Positions 9,150-18,470 of a DNA stretch of 64,000 bases are shown here, piece by piece. The stretch is taken from the NCBI GenBank assembly GCA_963815115.1, contig CAWFFN010000007.1, positions 736,001 to 800,000 on the forward strand. Direction: 5' to 3'. The notes beneath the pieces were generated by a model, which saw nothing but the letters and a program-made list of their open reading frames with translations, made no database searches and was not told where the DNA came from. How positions within the stretch are numbered: the first letter of the stretch is position 1; each line of letters begins with the position of its first letter. A program made the position numbers and the translations under genes. The stretch comes from an uncultured delta proteobacterium. GTDB taxonomy: Bacteria > Desulfobacterota > Binatia > DP-6.

Positions 9150-11174
9150 CTACGGGACCGGCGTCCCGCCGGCGGCCGCGGTCAGGGCCATCGCATCCTC
9201 GGGAAGCAGGAGGCGCTGGTGCACGAGACGCGTCGCCGCCCGCGCGAACCGTTTCACGTACCGCGCGTGGGTACGGTATCGCTCCGCGAGCGAGCGGCGC
9301 GGGTCGCCCGCCGCCACCCGCTCCGTCCGCGTGCGCACAAACGGGATCTGCTGGCCCGCCGCATCGCACAGATCGTCACCGGCGAACGCCGCAGCGCGCA
9401 GCGCCCAGCCGGTGTAGGTCGCGGTCGGAACGGCCACCGCCGGCAGCCGGATGCCCGCGACGTCGTTGCCGTCGGCATCGGTCCTCGGCACGAGCACGGG
9501 GTACGGCGTGCCCAGCATCGCCGGCGGCAGCACGCCCAAGATCCCCTGCTCCAGCGACGGTCCGAAGTCGAACCAGTCGCCCGTCCGCAGCAGCCCGTTG
9601 TGGGTGACGCCCGCGACGTCCGGAAATCGGACCCTGGTGCGGGGAAGCGACGGCACGAGCGTGCCGTTCGAGCGGCGGGGAACGCGGCTCGGCGGTGGCC
9701 GGCGACCCGCCGACACCCAGGCATCGAGGGCGACCAGAAGGGCCCGGAGCGCGGGATTGGGAGCAAGCCCGTTCTGCTCCTGCTGGCAGATGCGCGACCC
9801 GACACCCGCCAGGTGCGGCAGGCTCGACAGCAGGTAGGTCCGCACGTTGGGAGGATCGCGCAGGTCCTTGCCGTCGGCGTCGGTGTGCAGCAGCGACGCC
9901 GACTTGTTCCAGTACTCGTTCGACGAGTTCACGTCGAAGATCCTGGGGCACGTCGCGCTGGCGAGGCAGCGGCGCAGGCGCCCGTCGGTCCGCTTCGTCA
10001 CCGGGTCGGTCGTGACCCTCCAGGCGAACGGGAACCGGATCTCCGGGTACAGGCGATCGCGATGCTGGCGGATCGTCCGGCCCGGCTGGGCGAAGCGGTG
10101 GTTGAACGATCCCCCGCCCGGCCCGCCCAGGTAGTCGAGCAGCCCGTCGAAGACGATGCGGCCGCTCTCATCCTCGTTGAAGCCGAGATGGACGAAGTCC
10201 CGCAGGAAGCGAGCCGGCTGCGAGAGGCCGAAGCCGTGCACGAAGCCGAGCCGGCCGGCGACCGGGTTCGGCGTGCCCGAGTCGTCGGCGGTCGCGCGAC
10301 GCAGGAAGGCGAGGAAGTCGCGCGTCGCCGCGAACGCGATCCCGGCGACCAGCGGGTCGCGGGCGGGATAGACCAGGTCGTACAGCCTACCCTGCTGGAA
10401 CGACGTCCCCGCCGGCAGGAGGCGAACGGTGCGATCGTCCACGTAGCTCCAGCCGCTCGGCGGGATCGCGACCGGCGGATCCGTCGCGTGCACCCTGACG
10501 CCGAGGGTCGCCGCCGAGGTGTCCGTGCTCGCGGCGGCATACGACAGGCGGTTCGTCGGTGCGGCGGCGTCGACGACGAATTCCTCGAGCGATGGGCCGA
10601 CGATCGGCGAGCCGTCGGGCTTCGTCGCCACGGGGACCGCGATCGACAACGCCGACGGACCGCCCGACGGGATCGTCACGTCCCATCCGCTCCAGGCGAT
10701 GACGTAGCCGCGACGCATGAGGAACCCGTCGCCGGCATCGGCAGGGGCCGTCGGGTCGTTGCTCAGGAAGACACCGTCCACCGTGTTGATGACGCCGGTC
10801 GCCAGCTTCAGGCCGCGGTTGTTGCCCTCGTAGAAAAGCTTGCCGCTCGCCCGCGCCATGTCGACCGGCTTCAGCAGGTAGACGTCCATGGAGTACTCGA
10901 CCTCGCCGGCCGCGTTCCGGGGCGCGGCGGCCAGATCCGTGATCACGGTGTTGTGCGGGTCGTTCGGATCGAGCTCGCCGGAGGCGCGTCCGAGGAGCTT
11001 CTCGTACGGCCCGACCTCGCCGAAGGATACCCCCCCGAAGGTCGGCGACTGCACGGTCCCGAGCACCAGCTTGGTGATCCGGCCCTCGGCCGGTCCACCG
11101 GCGAGCATGCAGGCCCCCACCAGGGCGGTGACGGCGGCCAGGCACGCCCTTCTTCGAGGCTCGGGGGTCCGCAT
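9150..11174 (-). CDS. Secreted alpha/beta-hydrolase-domain protein
   Basis: Signal peptide; GLSQ nucleophile-elbow-like motif, SSNEYW, DADGNDVAGIRLP, RSLAERY; family recognised from memory. Confidence 0.75.
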   Translation of the reverse strand: MRTPEPRRRACLAAVTALVGACMLAGGPAEGRITKLVLGTVQSPTFGGVSFGEVGPYEKLLGRASGELDPNDPHNTVITDLAAAPRNAAGEVEYSMDVYLLKPVDMARASGKLFYEGNNRGLKLATGVINTVDGVFLSNDPTAPADAGDGFLMRRGYVIAWSGWDVTIPSGGPSALSIAVPVATKPDGSPIVGPSLEEFVVDAAAPTNRLSYAAASTDTSAATLGVRVHATDPPVAIPPSGWSYVDDRTVRLLPAGTSFQQGRLYDLVYPARDPLVAGIAFAATRDFLAFLRRATADDSGTPNPVAGRLGFVHGFGLSQPARFLRDFVHLGFNEDESGRIVFDGLLDYLGGPGGGSFNHRFAQPGRTIRQHRDRLYPEIRFPFAWRVTTDPVTKRTDGRLRRCLASATCPRIFDVNSSNEYWNKSASLLHTDADGKDLRDPPNVRTYLLSSLPHLAGVGSRICQQEQNGLAPNPALRALLVALDAWVSAGRRPPPSRVPRRSNGTLVPSLPRTRVRFPDVAGVTHNGLLRTGDWFDFGPSLEQGILGVLPPAMLGTPYPVLVPRTDADGNDVAGIRLPAVAVPTATYTGWALRAAAFAGDDLCDAAGQQIPFVRTRTERVAAGDPRRSLAERYRTHARYVKRFARAATRLVHQRLLLPEDAMALTAAAGGTPVP

Positions 11175-11532
11175 CGCGAGCCGCCGGCTACCGCGCAGCA
11201 GCGTTTCGAGTCAACGCCGCGGGGCATCCTGCCGCGGCGGGGCATCGTGCGACGGCGCGGCGGCCGTCGACACGCACGGAATCCGTGTCCGTCGCGTGGT
11301 CCGCCACTTGCTGTGCCCAGCAGACGAGCGGGATCTCACCCGCCAGCGCCGCGGCGCCGGCTTCGTTCACGTCGGAACGCTTTGCGAGCTGGCTAGACAA
11401 TGACGTTGGTGACCTTTCACATCGGCGCAATCGCGCTCGGCATGGTCCGCCCGTGCGGATGGGCGACCATCGCTCGCCTGTGCTTGCCGTTCGGGTCCTG
11501 GAGCCGCTCCTGACCTCCCGTCCCCCCTGCGC

Positions 11533-13095
11533 ATGAAATCCCGCGCCCTGCTCCTCCTCGCCACGCTCGTGGCGTCCGGCGTCCACGGCGCCGCCCACGC
11601 GGCCGACAGACCGAACATCGTCTTCGTCCTCGCGGACGATCTCGGCTACGGCGACGTCAAGGCTCTCAATCCCGACGGCAAGATCGCGACGCCGAACATG
11701 GATCAGCTCGCCGCCGGCGGCATGGCCTTCACCGACGCCCACGGCAGCGCGTCGGTCTGCAGTCCGGCGCGCTACAGCATCCTGACCGGGCGCTACAACT
11801 GGCGCTCGCGGCTCCAGAGCGGCGTGCTCGGCGGCGTCAGCCCCCATCTCATCGACCCCGCCCGCCTCACCGTCCCCGGGTTGCTGAAGCAGCACGGATA
11901 CACGACCGCCTGCATCGGCAAGTGGCACCTCGGCATGGACTGGACCCCGAAGGACGTCACGGCCCCGCCCTTCGGCGACAGCGCACGCACCGCCGACCCG
12001 TGGAGCGTCGACTACACGAAGCCGATCGCCAACGGCCCGAACGCCCTCGGCTTCGACTACTTCTTCGGGATCGCCGGGTCGCTCGACATGCCGCCCTACA
12101 CGTTCATCGAGAACGCCCACGTCACCGAGGTGCCGACGGTGGAGAAGCAATGGGGGCATCGCAAGGGACCCGCGGCGCCCGACTTCGAGGCGGTCGACGT
12201 CGTCCCCGCCCTCGTGCGCCGCGCGGTCGACTACCTCGACGCCCACGCACAAGCCGGCGAGCCGTTCTTTCTCTACCTGCCGCTGACCTCACCCCACACG
12301 CCGCTGGTCCCGTCACCGGAATGGAAGGGAAAGAGCGGCATCAACGCCTACGCCGACTTCGTCATGGAGACCGACTGGGCGCTCGGCGAGGTGCTGCGCG
12401 CGCTGGATCACGACGGTCTCGCGCAGAGCACCCTCGTCATCTTCGCGAGCGACAACGGAGCCTCACCCGCGGCCGACTTCAAGGAGCTCGCGGCGCACGG
12501 CCACAACCCGAGCGACGTCTTTCGGGGCCGCAAGTCGGACATCTGGGACGGCGGCCATCGCATTCCGTTCGTCGTCCGCTGGCCGGGGAAGGTGCCACCC
12601 GGATCCATCAGCCGCGAGGTCGTCGGCCTCGGCGATCTGCTGGCCACCTGTGCCGACATCGTCGGGGCCGCGCTCCCCGACGATGCCGGCGAGGACAGCG
12701 TGAGCATCCTGCCAGCGCTGCTCGGTCGATCGTCCGGGCCGTTGCACGAGGCGATCGTGCACCACTCGGTCGAGGGACAGTTCTCGATCCGGGAGGGCGA
12801 CTGGAAGCTCGAGATGTGCCCCGGCTCGGGCGGCAACAGCAAGCCGACGGACCCGGCGGCCGCCCGGAAAGGCCTGCCTGCTCTGCAGCTCTACGACATG
12901 GCCACCGACGTCGCCGAGACCCGTAACGTCGAGTCCGAGCAGCCCGCCGTGGTCGAGCGGCTGACGGCGCTCGTCGAGCACTACGTCGAGGCCGGCCGCA
13001 GCACCCCGGGGATGCCGCAGCGCAACGACGTGGCGGTGCACATCTACAAGCCGGACGCCGACCAGACCGAGGGCGGTGACACCGGAGCGGACTGA
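11533..13095 (+). CDS. Arylsulfatase (formylglycine-dependent)
   Basis: PNIVFVLADDLGYGD, CSPAR (CxPxR), GKWHLG, SDNG; signal peptide. Confidence 0.93.
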   Translation: MKSRALLLLATLVASGVHGAAHAADRPNIVFVLADDLGYGDVKALNPDGKIATPNMDQLAAGGMAFTDAHGSASVCSPARYSILTGRYNWRSRLQSGVLGGVSPHLIDPARLTVPGLLKQHGYTTACIGKWHLGMDWTPKDVTAPPFGDSARTADPWSVDYTKPIANGPNALGFDYFFGIAGSLDMPPYTFIENAHVTEVPTVEKQWGHRKGPAAPDFEAVDVVPALVRRAVDYLDAHAQAGEPFFLYLPLTSPHTPLVPSPEWKGKSGINAYADFVMETDWALGEVLRALDHDGLAQSTLVIFASDNGASPAADFKELAAHGHNPSDVFRGRKSDIWDGGHRIPFVVRWPGKVPPGSISREVVGLGDLLATCADIVGAALPDDAGEDSVSILPALLGRSSGPLHEAIVHHSVEGQFSIREGDWKLEMCPGSGGNSKPTDPAAARKGLPALQLYDMATDVAETRNVESEQPAVVERLTALVEHYVEAGRSTPGMPQRNDVAVHIYKPDADQTEGGDTGAD

Positions 13096-13172
13096 AACGC
13101 GCCAAACCCTGTATCTTCCCCCTGCCGGGCGCGCTACACATGACCTCGCGGGACCGACCGCAGAGAGACGAC

Positions 13173-14003
13173 ATGCGCTGGACGCCAGGCCGCCGGAGCG
13201 ACAACCTCGAGGACCGTCGCGGGATGGGCATGCGCGCGGGCATCCCGATCAGCATCGGAGGCCTGCTGGTGCTCGGCCTGCTCAGCCTGGTCACCGGTCG
13301 CAACTTCCTCTCGCTGATCGCGGACCAGGGCGGCACCCCCACCACGTCCGAGGGTCCCGTGCAGTCGTCGCCCGAGGAAGATCGCCTGGTCCAGTTCGTC
13401 TCGTTCGTCCTGGACGATGCCCAGAACACCTGGCGGCAGCTCCTCCCCGGCCGCTACCAGGACGCCAAGCTGGTGCTGTTCCGCGACCAGGTGCAGTCGG
13501 CCTGCGGCTACGGGCGCGCGACCTCCGGACCGTTCTACTGTCCCGGTGATCAGAAGGTCTACATCGACCTCGGCTTCTACGACGAGCTGCGCCGCCGCTT
13601 CGGCGCCCCGGGCGAGTTCGCCCAGGCCTACGTGCTGGCACACGAGATCGGCCACCACGTGCAGAACATCACGGGCATCGAGCCGCAGGTGCGGCGCGCG
13701 ATGCAGTCACGGCCGGACCTGCAGAACGAGCTCTCCGTTCGACTCGAGCTCCAGGCCGATTGCTTCGCGGGGGTGTGGGGGCACTCGACCGCGCGGCGTC
13801 AGATCCTCGAGGAGGGCGACGCCGAGCAGGCGCTCAACGCCGCCGCCGCCATCGGCGACGATCGTATCCAGCGCATGAGCGAGGGATGGGTCCAGCCCGA
13901 GACGTTCACCCACGGGTCGTCGGCGCAGCGCGTCCAGTGGTTCAAGCGGGGGCTCCAGAGCGGCGACATGAGAGACTGCGACACCTTCAATGGCAGGATC
14001 TGA
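13173..14003 (+). CDS. ypfJ: Neutral zinc metallopeptidase, YpfJ family
   Basis: MRW...RSDNLEDRRG, GPFYCPGDQKVYID, AHEIGHHVQ, ELQADCFAG, FTHGSSAQR. Confidence 0.92.
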   Translation: MRWTPGRRSDNLEDRRGMGMRAGIPISIGGLLVLGLLSLVTGRNFLSLIADQGGTPTTSEGPVQSSPEEDRLVQFVSFVLDDAQNTWRQLLPGRYQDAKLVLFRDQVQSACGYGRATSGPFYCPGDQKVYIDLGFYDELRRRFGAPGEFAQAYVLAHEIGHHVQNITGIEPQVRRAMQSRPDLQNELSVRLELQADCFAGVWGHSTARRQILEEGDAEQALNAAAAIGDDRIQRMSEGWVQPETFTHGSSAQRVQWFKRGLQSGDMRDCDTFNGRI

Positions 14004-14006
14004 TCG

Positions 14007-14336
14007 ATGGACCTTCGCGCGAAACGCTGCGTGCCGTGCGAGGGCGGCGTCCCCGCGCTCGAAGCGGCGCAGGTCGCCGCCCTGCTGCGCGAGATTCCCG
14101 GCTGGGAGGCCCGTGACGGCCGGCTCCAGCGCATCTTCACCTTCCGTGACTTCGTCACCGCCATGCGATTCGTGAACCGGATGGCCGACGTGGCCGAGGC
14201 GGAGGGGCACCATCCCGACTTCACCGTCCACTACCGGCGCGTCGACGTGGCGGTGTGGACCCACGCCATCGACGGGCTCTCCGAGAACGACTTCATCCTC
14301 GCCGCCAAGATCGGCCCCCTCGCCGACGGACTCTGA
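14007..14336 (+). CDS. Pterin-4a-carbinolamine dehydratase
   Basis: CVPCEGG, AEAEGHHPD, WTHAIDGLSENDFILAAKI. Confidence 0.93.
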   Translation: MDLRAKRCVPCEGGVPALEAAQVAALLREIPGWEARDGRLQRIFTFRDFVTAMRFVNRMADVAEAEGHHPDFTVHYRRVDVAVWTHAIDGLSENDFILAAKIGPLADGL

Positions 14337-14337
14337 G

Positions 14338-14985
14338 ATGCTCCGGGAGATCGTGCCAGGCATGCTCACGTGGTCGTGGTTCTCCGCGCGTCACGGCTAC
14401 GACTTCCACGGCCTGCTCGTACGGCATGAGGACGGCAACCTCTGCATCGATCCCGTCGAACCCGGCGAGGCCACGCTCGCCGCCATCGCACACGAAGGCG
14501 TCGCCCGCGTGCTGCTCACCAATCGCAATCACGTCCGGGCGGCGGAGCAGGTACGGCAGCGCACCGGCGCTCCGATCGCCATCCATCCCGCCGACGCAGA
14601 CTACGCTCGCGGGCAGGGCGCCACGGTCTCCGAGGAGCTACGCGCCGGCGAGCGCCGCGGTCCCTTCGTCGTGCTGCCGGTCCCGGGCAAGTCGCCCGGC
14701 GAGGTGGCGCTCCACTGGCCGGAGCGCCGGCTCCTCGTCGTCGGCGACGCCCTCATCGGGAATCCGCCCGGACGACTGGGACTCCTCCCCGACCGCGTGA
14801 TGGACGATCCGGAACGGCTCCGCGAGAGCATCCGCACGCTCACCTCGCTGGACCTCGACGCCATCGTCGTGGGTGACGGCGTGGCGATCCTCGAAGACGC
14901 GGGAGCGCGGCTACGCGAGCTGGTCGCGAGCTTCCCGGCGGAGGATCGCCCTGGAACCCGCTCGCGCGGGCGGCCGGAGAGTTGA
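14338..14985 (+). CDS. MBL-fold metallo-hydrolase (degenerate motif)
   Basis: LLTNRNHVR, PGKSPGE, VVGDAL, VGDG. Confidence 0.75.
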   Translation: MLREIVPGMLTWSWFSARHGYDFHGLLVRHEDGNLCIDPVEPGEATLAAIAHEGVARVLLTNRNHVRAAEQVRQRTGAPIAIHPADADYARGQGATVSEELRAGERRGPFVVLPVPGKSPGEVALHWPERRLLVVGDALIGNPPGRLGLLPDRVMDDPERLRESIRTLTSLDLDAIVVGDGVAILEDAGARLRELVASFPAEDRPGTRSRGRPES

Positions 14986-14986
14986 G

Positions 14987-15059
14987 AGGCGGCGACCGGA
15001 TTCGAACCGGTGAATGGAGGTTTTGCAGACCTCTCCCTTAACCACTTGGGTACGCCGCC
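14987..15059 (-). tRNA. tRNA-Cys(GCA)
   Basis: GGCGGCG...CGCCGCC acceptor with discriminator U, GAGGT-CTGCAAA-ACCTC anticodon arm, GGTTCGAATCC. Confidence 0.96.
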
Positions 15060-15124
15060 AGTGCTGCTGGCCAGTGCTACTGGCTGGTATGAGGCCGAGC
15101 ATTGCGCGCCCGCCACCTCGGTGT

Positions 15125-15289
15125 CTAGCGAGGGGCACCCCCAGGGGGCGTGACCTGACCGGCCGGCTCGACGGCCTTGTCCTCGCGACGCTTCTCTTCC
15201 TTCTTCTGGCGCTTCTCGAGCGCCTTCATGCGGCGCTCCGCTTCGCGCCGCTCACGGACGTTGCTCTTGAAGGCCCGTCCACCTGCCAT
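15125..15289 (-). CDS. Small basic/charged protein (54 aa), absent from the ORF track
   Basis: MAGGRAFKSNVRERREAERRMKALEKRQKKEEKRREDKAVEPAGQVTPPGGAPR*; GGAGGT SD 6 nt before ATG; GC3-rich codons. Confidence 0.7.
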   Translation of the reverse strand: MAGGRAFKSNVRERREAERRMKALEKRQKKEEKRREDKAVEPAGQVTPPGGAPR

Positions 15290-15293
15290 GACG

Positions 15294-15530
15294 TCACCTC
15301 CGGCGATGAAGACCGCCGAACCTAGCCGGGGGTGTCGTGGACGTCAAGGCGCGGCAGGCCGCGTGGCTCACGCCAGCATCGTCCTCCTCCTCCTCGTCGC
15401 TCGGCACGAAGGCGAACCAGCCCGTGAAGCGGTTCACGATGAAGTCGTGGCCGGGAGCATAGATGCCGCCGTGCACGAGCGCCGCGAGCACGAGGAACAG
15501 TCCGAGAACCAAGGCCGCCCGGGCGCTCAT
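15294..15530 (-). CDS. Small membrane/secreted hypothetical protein
   Basis: Hydrophobic N-terminus then VNRFTG and an acidic patch; ATGA overlap with the upstream GFA gene; AGGAG RBS. Confidence 0.6.
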   Translation of the reverse strand: MSARAALVLGLFLVLAALVHGGIYAPGHDFIVNRFTGWFAFVPSDEEEEDDAGVSHAACRALTSTTPPARFGGLHRRR

Positions 15531-15925
15531 CGCGACGGTTCTCCTTCCTGCTGCCGGCGCCGGAACTCCTCCACGCTCGCCTCCCAGTTCCGGCCATCGA
15601 ACGATCGCCTCGAGAGCGCCGTCATATCCACGTCGTCGAGGCAGCGCACGTTGACGTCGATGCAGTCCGGGTTCGAGCGCGGCACGTAGAAGCTCGCCAC
15701 GCCGCAGTGCCGGCAGAACTGGTGCTGCGCGACGCCGGTGTTGAAGCGGTAGGTGGTGAGATCACCCTCGTCCGCGAGGAGTCGGAAGGCGCCGCGCGGC
15801 ACGATCCAGTGCAGGTAGCCCTTGCGGGTGCAGATCGAGCAGTTGCACTCGCTCACCTCGCCCGGTGTGCCCTGAACCTCGAAGCGCACGCGCCCGCAGT
15901 GACAGCCGCCCGTACAGATCGCCAT
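15527..15925 (-). CDS. GFA (CENP-V) family protein
   Basis: GGCHCG, CNCSIC, FCRHCG, PRSNPD, FDGRNWE. Confidence 0.92.
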   Translation of the reverse strand: MAICTGGCHCGRVRFEVQGTPGEVSECNCSICTRKGYLHWIVPRGAFRLLADEGDLTTYRFNTGVAQHQFCRHCGVASFYVPRSNPDCIDVNVRCLDDVDMTALSRRSFDGRNWEASVEEFRRRQQEGEPSR

Positions 15926-15979
15926 CGCGGCATGCTAAAGACGGCTACCGGCGGCGTCAACGCGTGCTACAACCACCTC

Positions 15980-17248
15980 GTGGCGCTGACGCCATCTCCA
16001 CGGATCGTCGTCCTCGGGGCCGGCTTCGCCGGGCTGCGTGCGGTTCGCGTCCTCTCACATGCCGGGCAGCGGGTGCTCTGGGTCGACGGGCGCAACTACC
16101 ACACGTTCCTGCCCCTGCTCTACCAGGTGGCGACCGCCGGGCTGGAGCCCCAGGCGATCGTCTATCCCACCCGCAGCTTCCTGCGGCGGTTTCCGGGCCT
16201 CGATTTCCGCCTCGCGCGCGTGGTGGGCGGCGATCCCGCGACGCGCACCCTGCGTACCGGGGACGGGGAGCAGATCGGCTACGACTACCTTCTGGTCGCC
16301 ACCGGCGGCGCTGCGGCCGACTTCGGCGTCGCCGGCGTGCGCACCAACGCCTTCCACCTCTACGACGTCGAGGACGCGCGCGCCCTGCGCAACCACGCCC
16401 TCGAGCTGCTGGAGCGCGCCGCCGCCATGCCGGATTCCGCCGCGCGCAGCGCGCTGCTCACGTTCGTCGTCGTCGGCGGGGGACCGACCGGTGTGGAGAC
16501 GGCGGGCGCGCTGGCCGAGTTCCGGCGCCACGTGGTACCGCGCGACTATCCCAGCATCCCGCCCGAGCAGCTGCGCATCGTGCTCATCGAGACTCGCGAC
16601 GCCGTTCTCGGCACCTTCGCCGCCTCCCTGCAGAGGAGAGCGCGGCGCGATCTCGAGGCGTTCGGGGTCGAGGTCCGGCTCGGCACCTCGGTCGCACGCG
16701 TGACCCCCGAAGGCGTCGATCTGACCGGCGGCGAGCATCTGCCGGCCGCCACCGTGGTGTGGGCCGCGGGCATCCGTGCGGCCGACGTCGCGGCACATCT
16801 CGGCCTGCCCACCGGCCCCGCCGGCCGCATCCGCGTGACGCCCACGCTGGAGGTCCCCGGGCATCCGGGCATCTTCGCGGCCGGCGACGTCGCCCTGGTC
16901 GAGGGCGCCGAGCGCATGCCGCAGGTGGCGCAGGTGGCGATGCAGGGTGGCGCGCAGGCCGCCAAGAACATCCTGCACGCGATCGCGGGCGAGCCGCTCG
17001 AGCCGTTCCGCTACCGCGACAAGGGTGCGATGGCCACGATCGGCCGCAGCCGGGCGATCGCGGAGATCGGGCGGCTCCGGCTGGCGGGCCCGCTCGCCTG
17101 GTGGGCCTGGCTGCTGCTCCACATCGTCATGCTGATCGGGTTCCGCAACCGGCTCGTCGTGCTGGTCGACTGGGCCTGGAACTACGTGACGTACGACCGC
17201 GGCCTGCGCGCCATCATCGGCCGCGATCGGCCGCTGCCGCTTGCCTGA
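15980..17248 (+). CDS. ndh: Type II NADH dehydrogenase-like FAD/NAD(P) oxidoreductase
   Basis: VVLGAGFAG, PLLYQVAT, VVGGGPTGVE, WAAGI, KGAMATIGR, LIGFRNR. Confidence 0.9.
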   Translation: MALTPSPRIVVLGAGFAGLRAVRVLSHAGQRVLWVDGRNYHTFLPLLYQVATAGLEPQAIVYPTRSFLRRFPGLDFRLARVVGGDPATRTLRTGDGEQIGYDYLLVATGGAAADFGVAGVRTNAFHLYDVEDARALRNHALELLERAAAMPDSAARSALLTFVVVGGGPTGVETAGALAEFRRHVVPRDYPSIPPEQLRIVLIETRDAVLGTFAASLQRRARRDLEAFGVEVRLGTSVARVTPEGVDLTGGEHLPAATVVWAAGIRAADVAAHLGLPTGPAGRIRVTPTLEVPGHPGIFAAGDVALVEGAERMPQVAQVAMQGGAQAAKNILHAIAGEPLEPFRYRDKGAMATIGRSRAIAEIGRLRLAGPLAWWAWLLLHIVMLIGFRNRLVVLVDWAWNYVTYDRGLRAIIGRDRPLPLA

Positions 17249-17261
17249 GCAAGCGCCATCA

Positions 17262-17335
17262 TTGCGGGGGGTGGATTTGAACCACCGACCTCGAGGTTAT
17301 GAGCCTCGCGAGCTGCCAGACTGCTCCACCCCGCG
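17262..17335 (-). tRNA. Initiator tRNA-fMet(CAT)
   Basis: CGCGGGG...CCCCGCAA with C1:A72 mismatch, CT-CAT-AA anticodon loop, GGTTCAAATCC T-arm. Confidence 0.95.
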
Positions 17336-17341
17336 CCGAGC

Positions 17342-17370
17342 GTGCTATCGGGCACCCGATCGGTTGTCAA
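17342..17370 (-). promoter_or_regulatory. sigma70 promoter of tRNA-fMet
   Basis: TTGACA-N17-TAGCAC immediately upstream of the tRNA. Confidence 0.75.
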
Positions 17371-17396
17371 GCAACACGACGGCTTGCGTGGGCCAC

Positions 17397-17537
17397 TGTG
17401 CCACCGCTGGCACAGGTCGTGCGCCTCGTGTGCCACTCGCGGCCGCCGCGCTGACACAGGTGCGCGGCGCGCGCTCGAAATCGTGCCCAAACGGCACGCT
17501 TCGGGCACATCGGCGTGGGCTTGGAACGTGGGTTGCT
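17397..17537 (+). promoter_or_regulatory. sigma54 promoter with upstream palindromic enhancer candidate
   Basis: TGGAAC-GTGGG-TTGCT at 17522-17537; palindrome TGTGCCA-CCGC-TGGCACA at 17397-17414. Confidence 0.6.
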
Positions 17538-17574
17538 TCGCGGCGGCGCCACGCCGCCAGAAGGAGAACCCACC

Positions 17575-18462
17575 ATGCAGAGAGCATCCACCGCGATCGC
17601 CGTGCTCGCGGCCTGCTTGACCGTGACGCTTCCCTCCACCGGCTGGGCGGGCTGTGGCTGCGACAAGCCCGCGCCGCCTCGAGCCAGCATCCGGCCGTTC
17701 GTGGCTGCGCCGACGCAGACCGTGACCCTCTTCAACTCCGCGCTCGCCGACGGCGTCACCTACGACGTCGCCTTCGAGCCGCAGGGCAGCCCGCTGCAAT
17801 GGACGCGCGCGCAGGCGCAGCGTCGCAAGGACATCGCCGACGGCGAGATGCGCGAGCACCTGGCGGTGACACTGCCCGACCTCGCGCTGGGTCCGTGCCG
17901 GGTGAGCGTGTGGCGCGACGGGGCTCCCGTCTTCGACATCGCGGCGGAGGACTTCACGGTGGCGGCGCTGCCGATCGCCCTGCGCGACGTGCCGGAGACC
18001 ACCAGCAACGACTACCGCGCCGCAGTCGGCGCCGACGGCACCGTGTACATCCCGGTCGACGTGACCAGCGTGTCGGGCGCGACGCGCTTCTCCGGGACCG
18101 CGCTCGGCCTGCCTCTCGAGTATCAGGCGCAGAACGTCGCCATGTACAACGACCAAGGCTACCTGATGCAGCTCCTCGATGCGGCCTCGCCGCGCCTCTT
18201 CGACCTGAAGGGCGGTGACCTCGACCACAGCACGACGCTGTCGTACTGGCGGCACGAGTTCGCGACCTACAAGGAGCAGGAGGCTGGTGAGGCGCACCAG
18301 CACGACGCCGCCGGCGAGTGGCATGCCGACGGCACGCGACACGTCGACCACGACCACATCGTCGTGGCGCTGCGCGGCGCCTTCGCTGACGGCACCACGC
18401 CGCATCCGGGCGCCACCGAGCCCTTCAAGCTCGTGATCACCTCGGAGCCCGAGCAGCACTGA
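17575..18462 (+). CDS. Secreted hypothetical protein
   Basis: AGGAGA RBS, signal peptide, GCGCDKP and RHVDHDH motifs, strong GC3 codon bias. Confidence 0.75.
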   Translation: MQRASTAIAVLAACLTVTLPSTGWAGCGCDKPAPPRASIRPFVAAPTQTVTLFNSALADGVTYDVAFEPQGSPLQWTRAQAQRRKDIADGEMREHLAVTLPDLALGPCRVSVWRDGAPVFDIAAEDFTVAALPIALRDVPETTSNDYRAAVGADGTVYIPVDVTSVSGATRFSGTALGLPLEYQAQNVAMYNDQGYLMQLLDAASPRLFDLKGGDLDHSTTLSYWRHEFATYKEQEAGEAHQHDAAGEWHADGTRHVDHDHIVVALRGAFADGTTPHPGATEPFKLVITSEPEQH

Positions 18463-18470
18463 GCGGGCGA

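Noticed and set aside
16019-16033. Partial match to the REP core (GCCGGCTTCGCCGG)
   Set aside because: It lies inside ndh and encodes the AGFAG dinucleotide-binding motif, so the match is coincidental.
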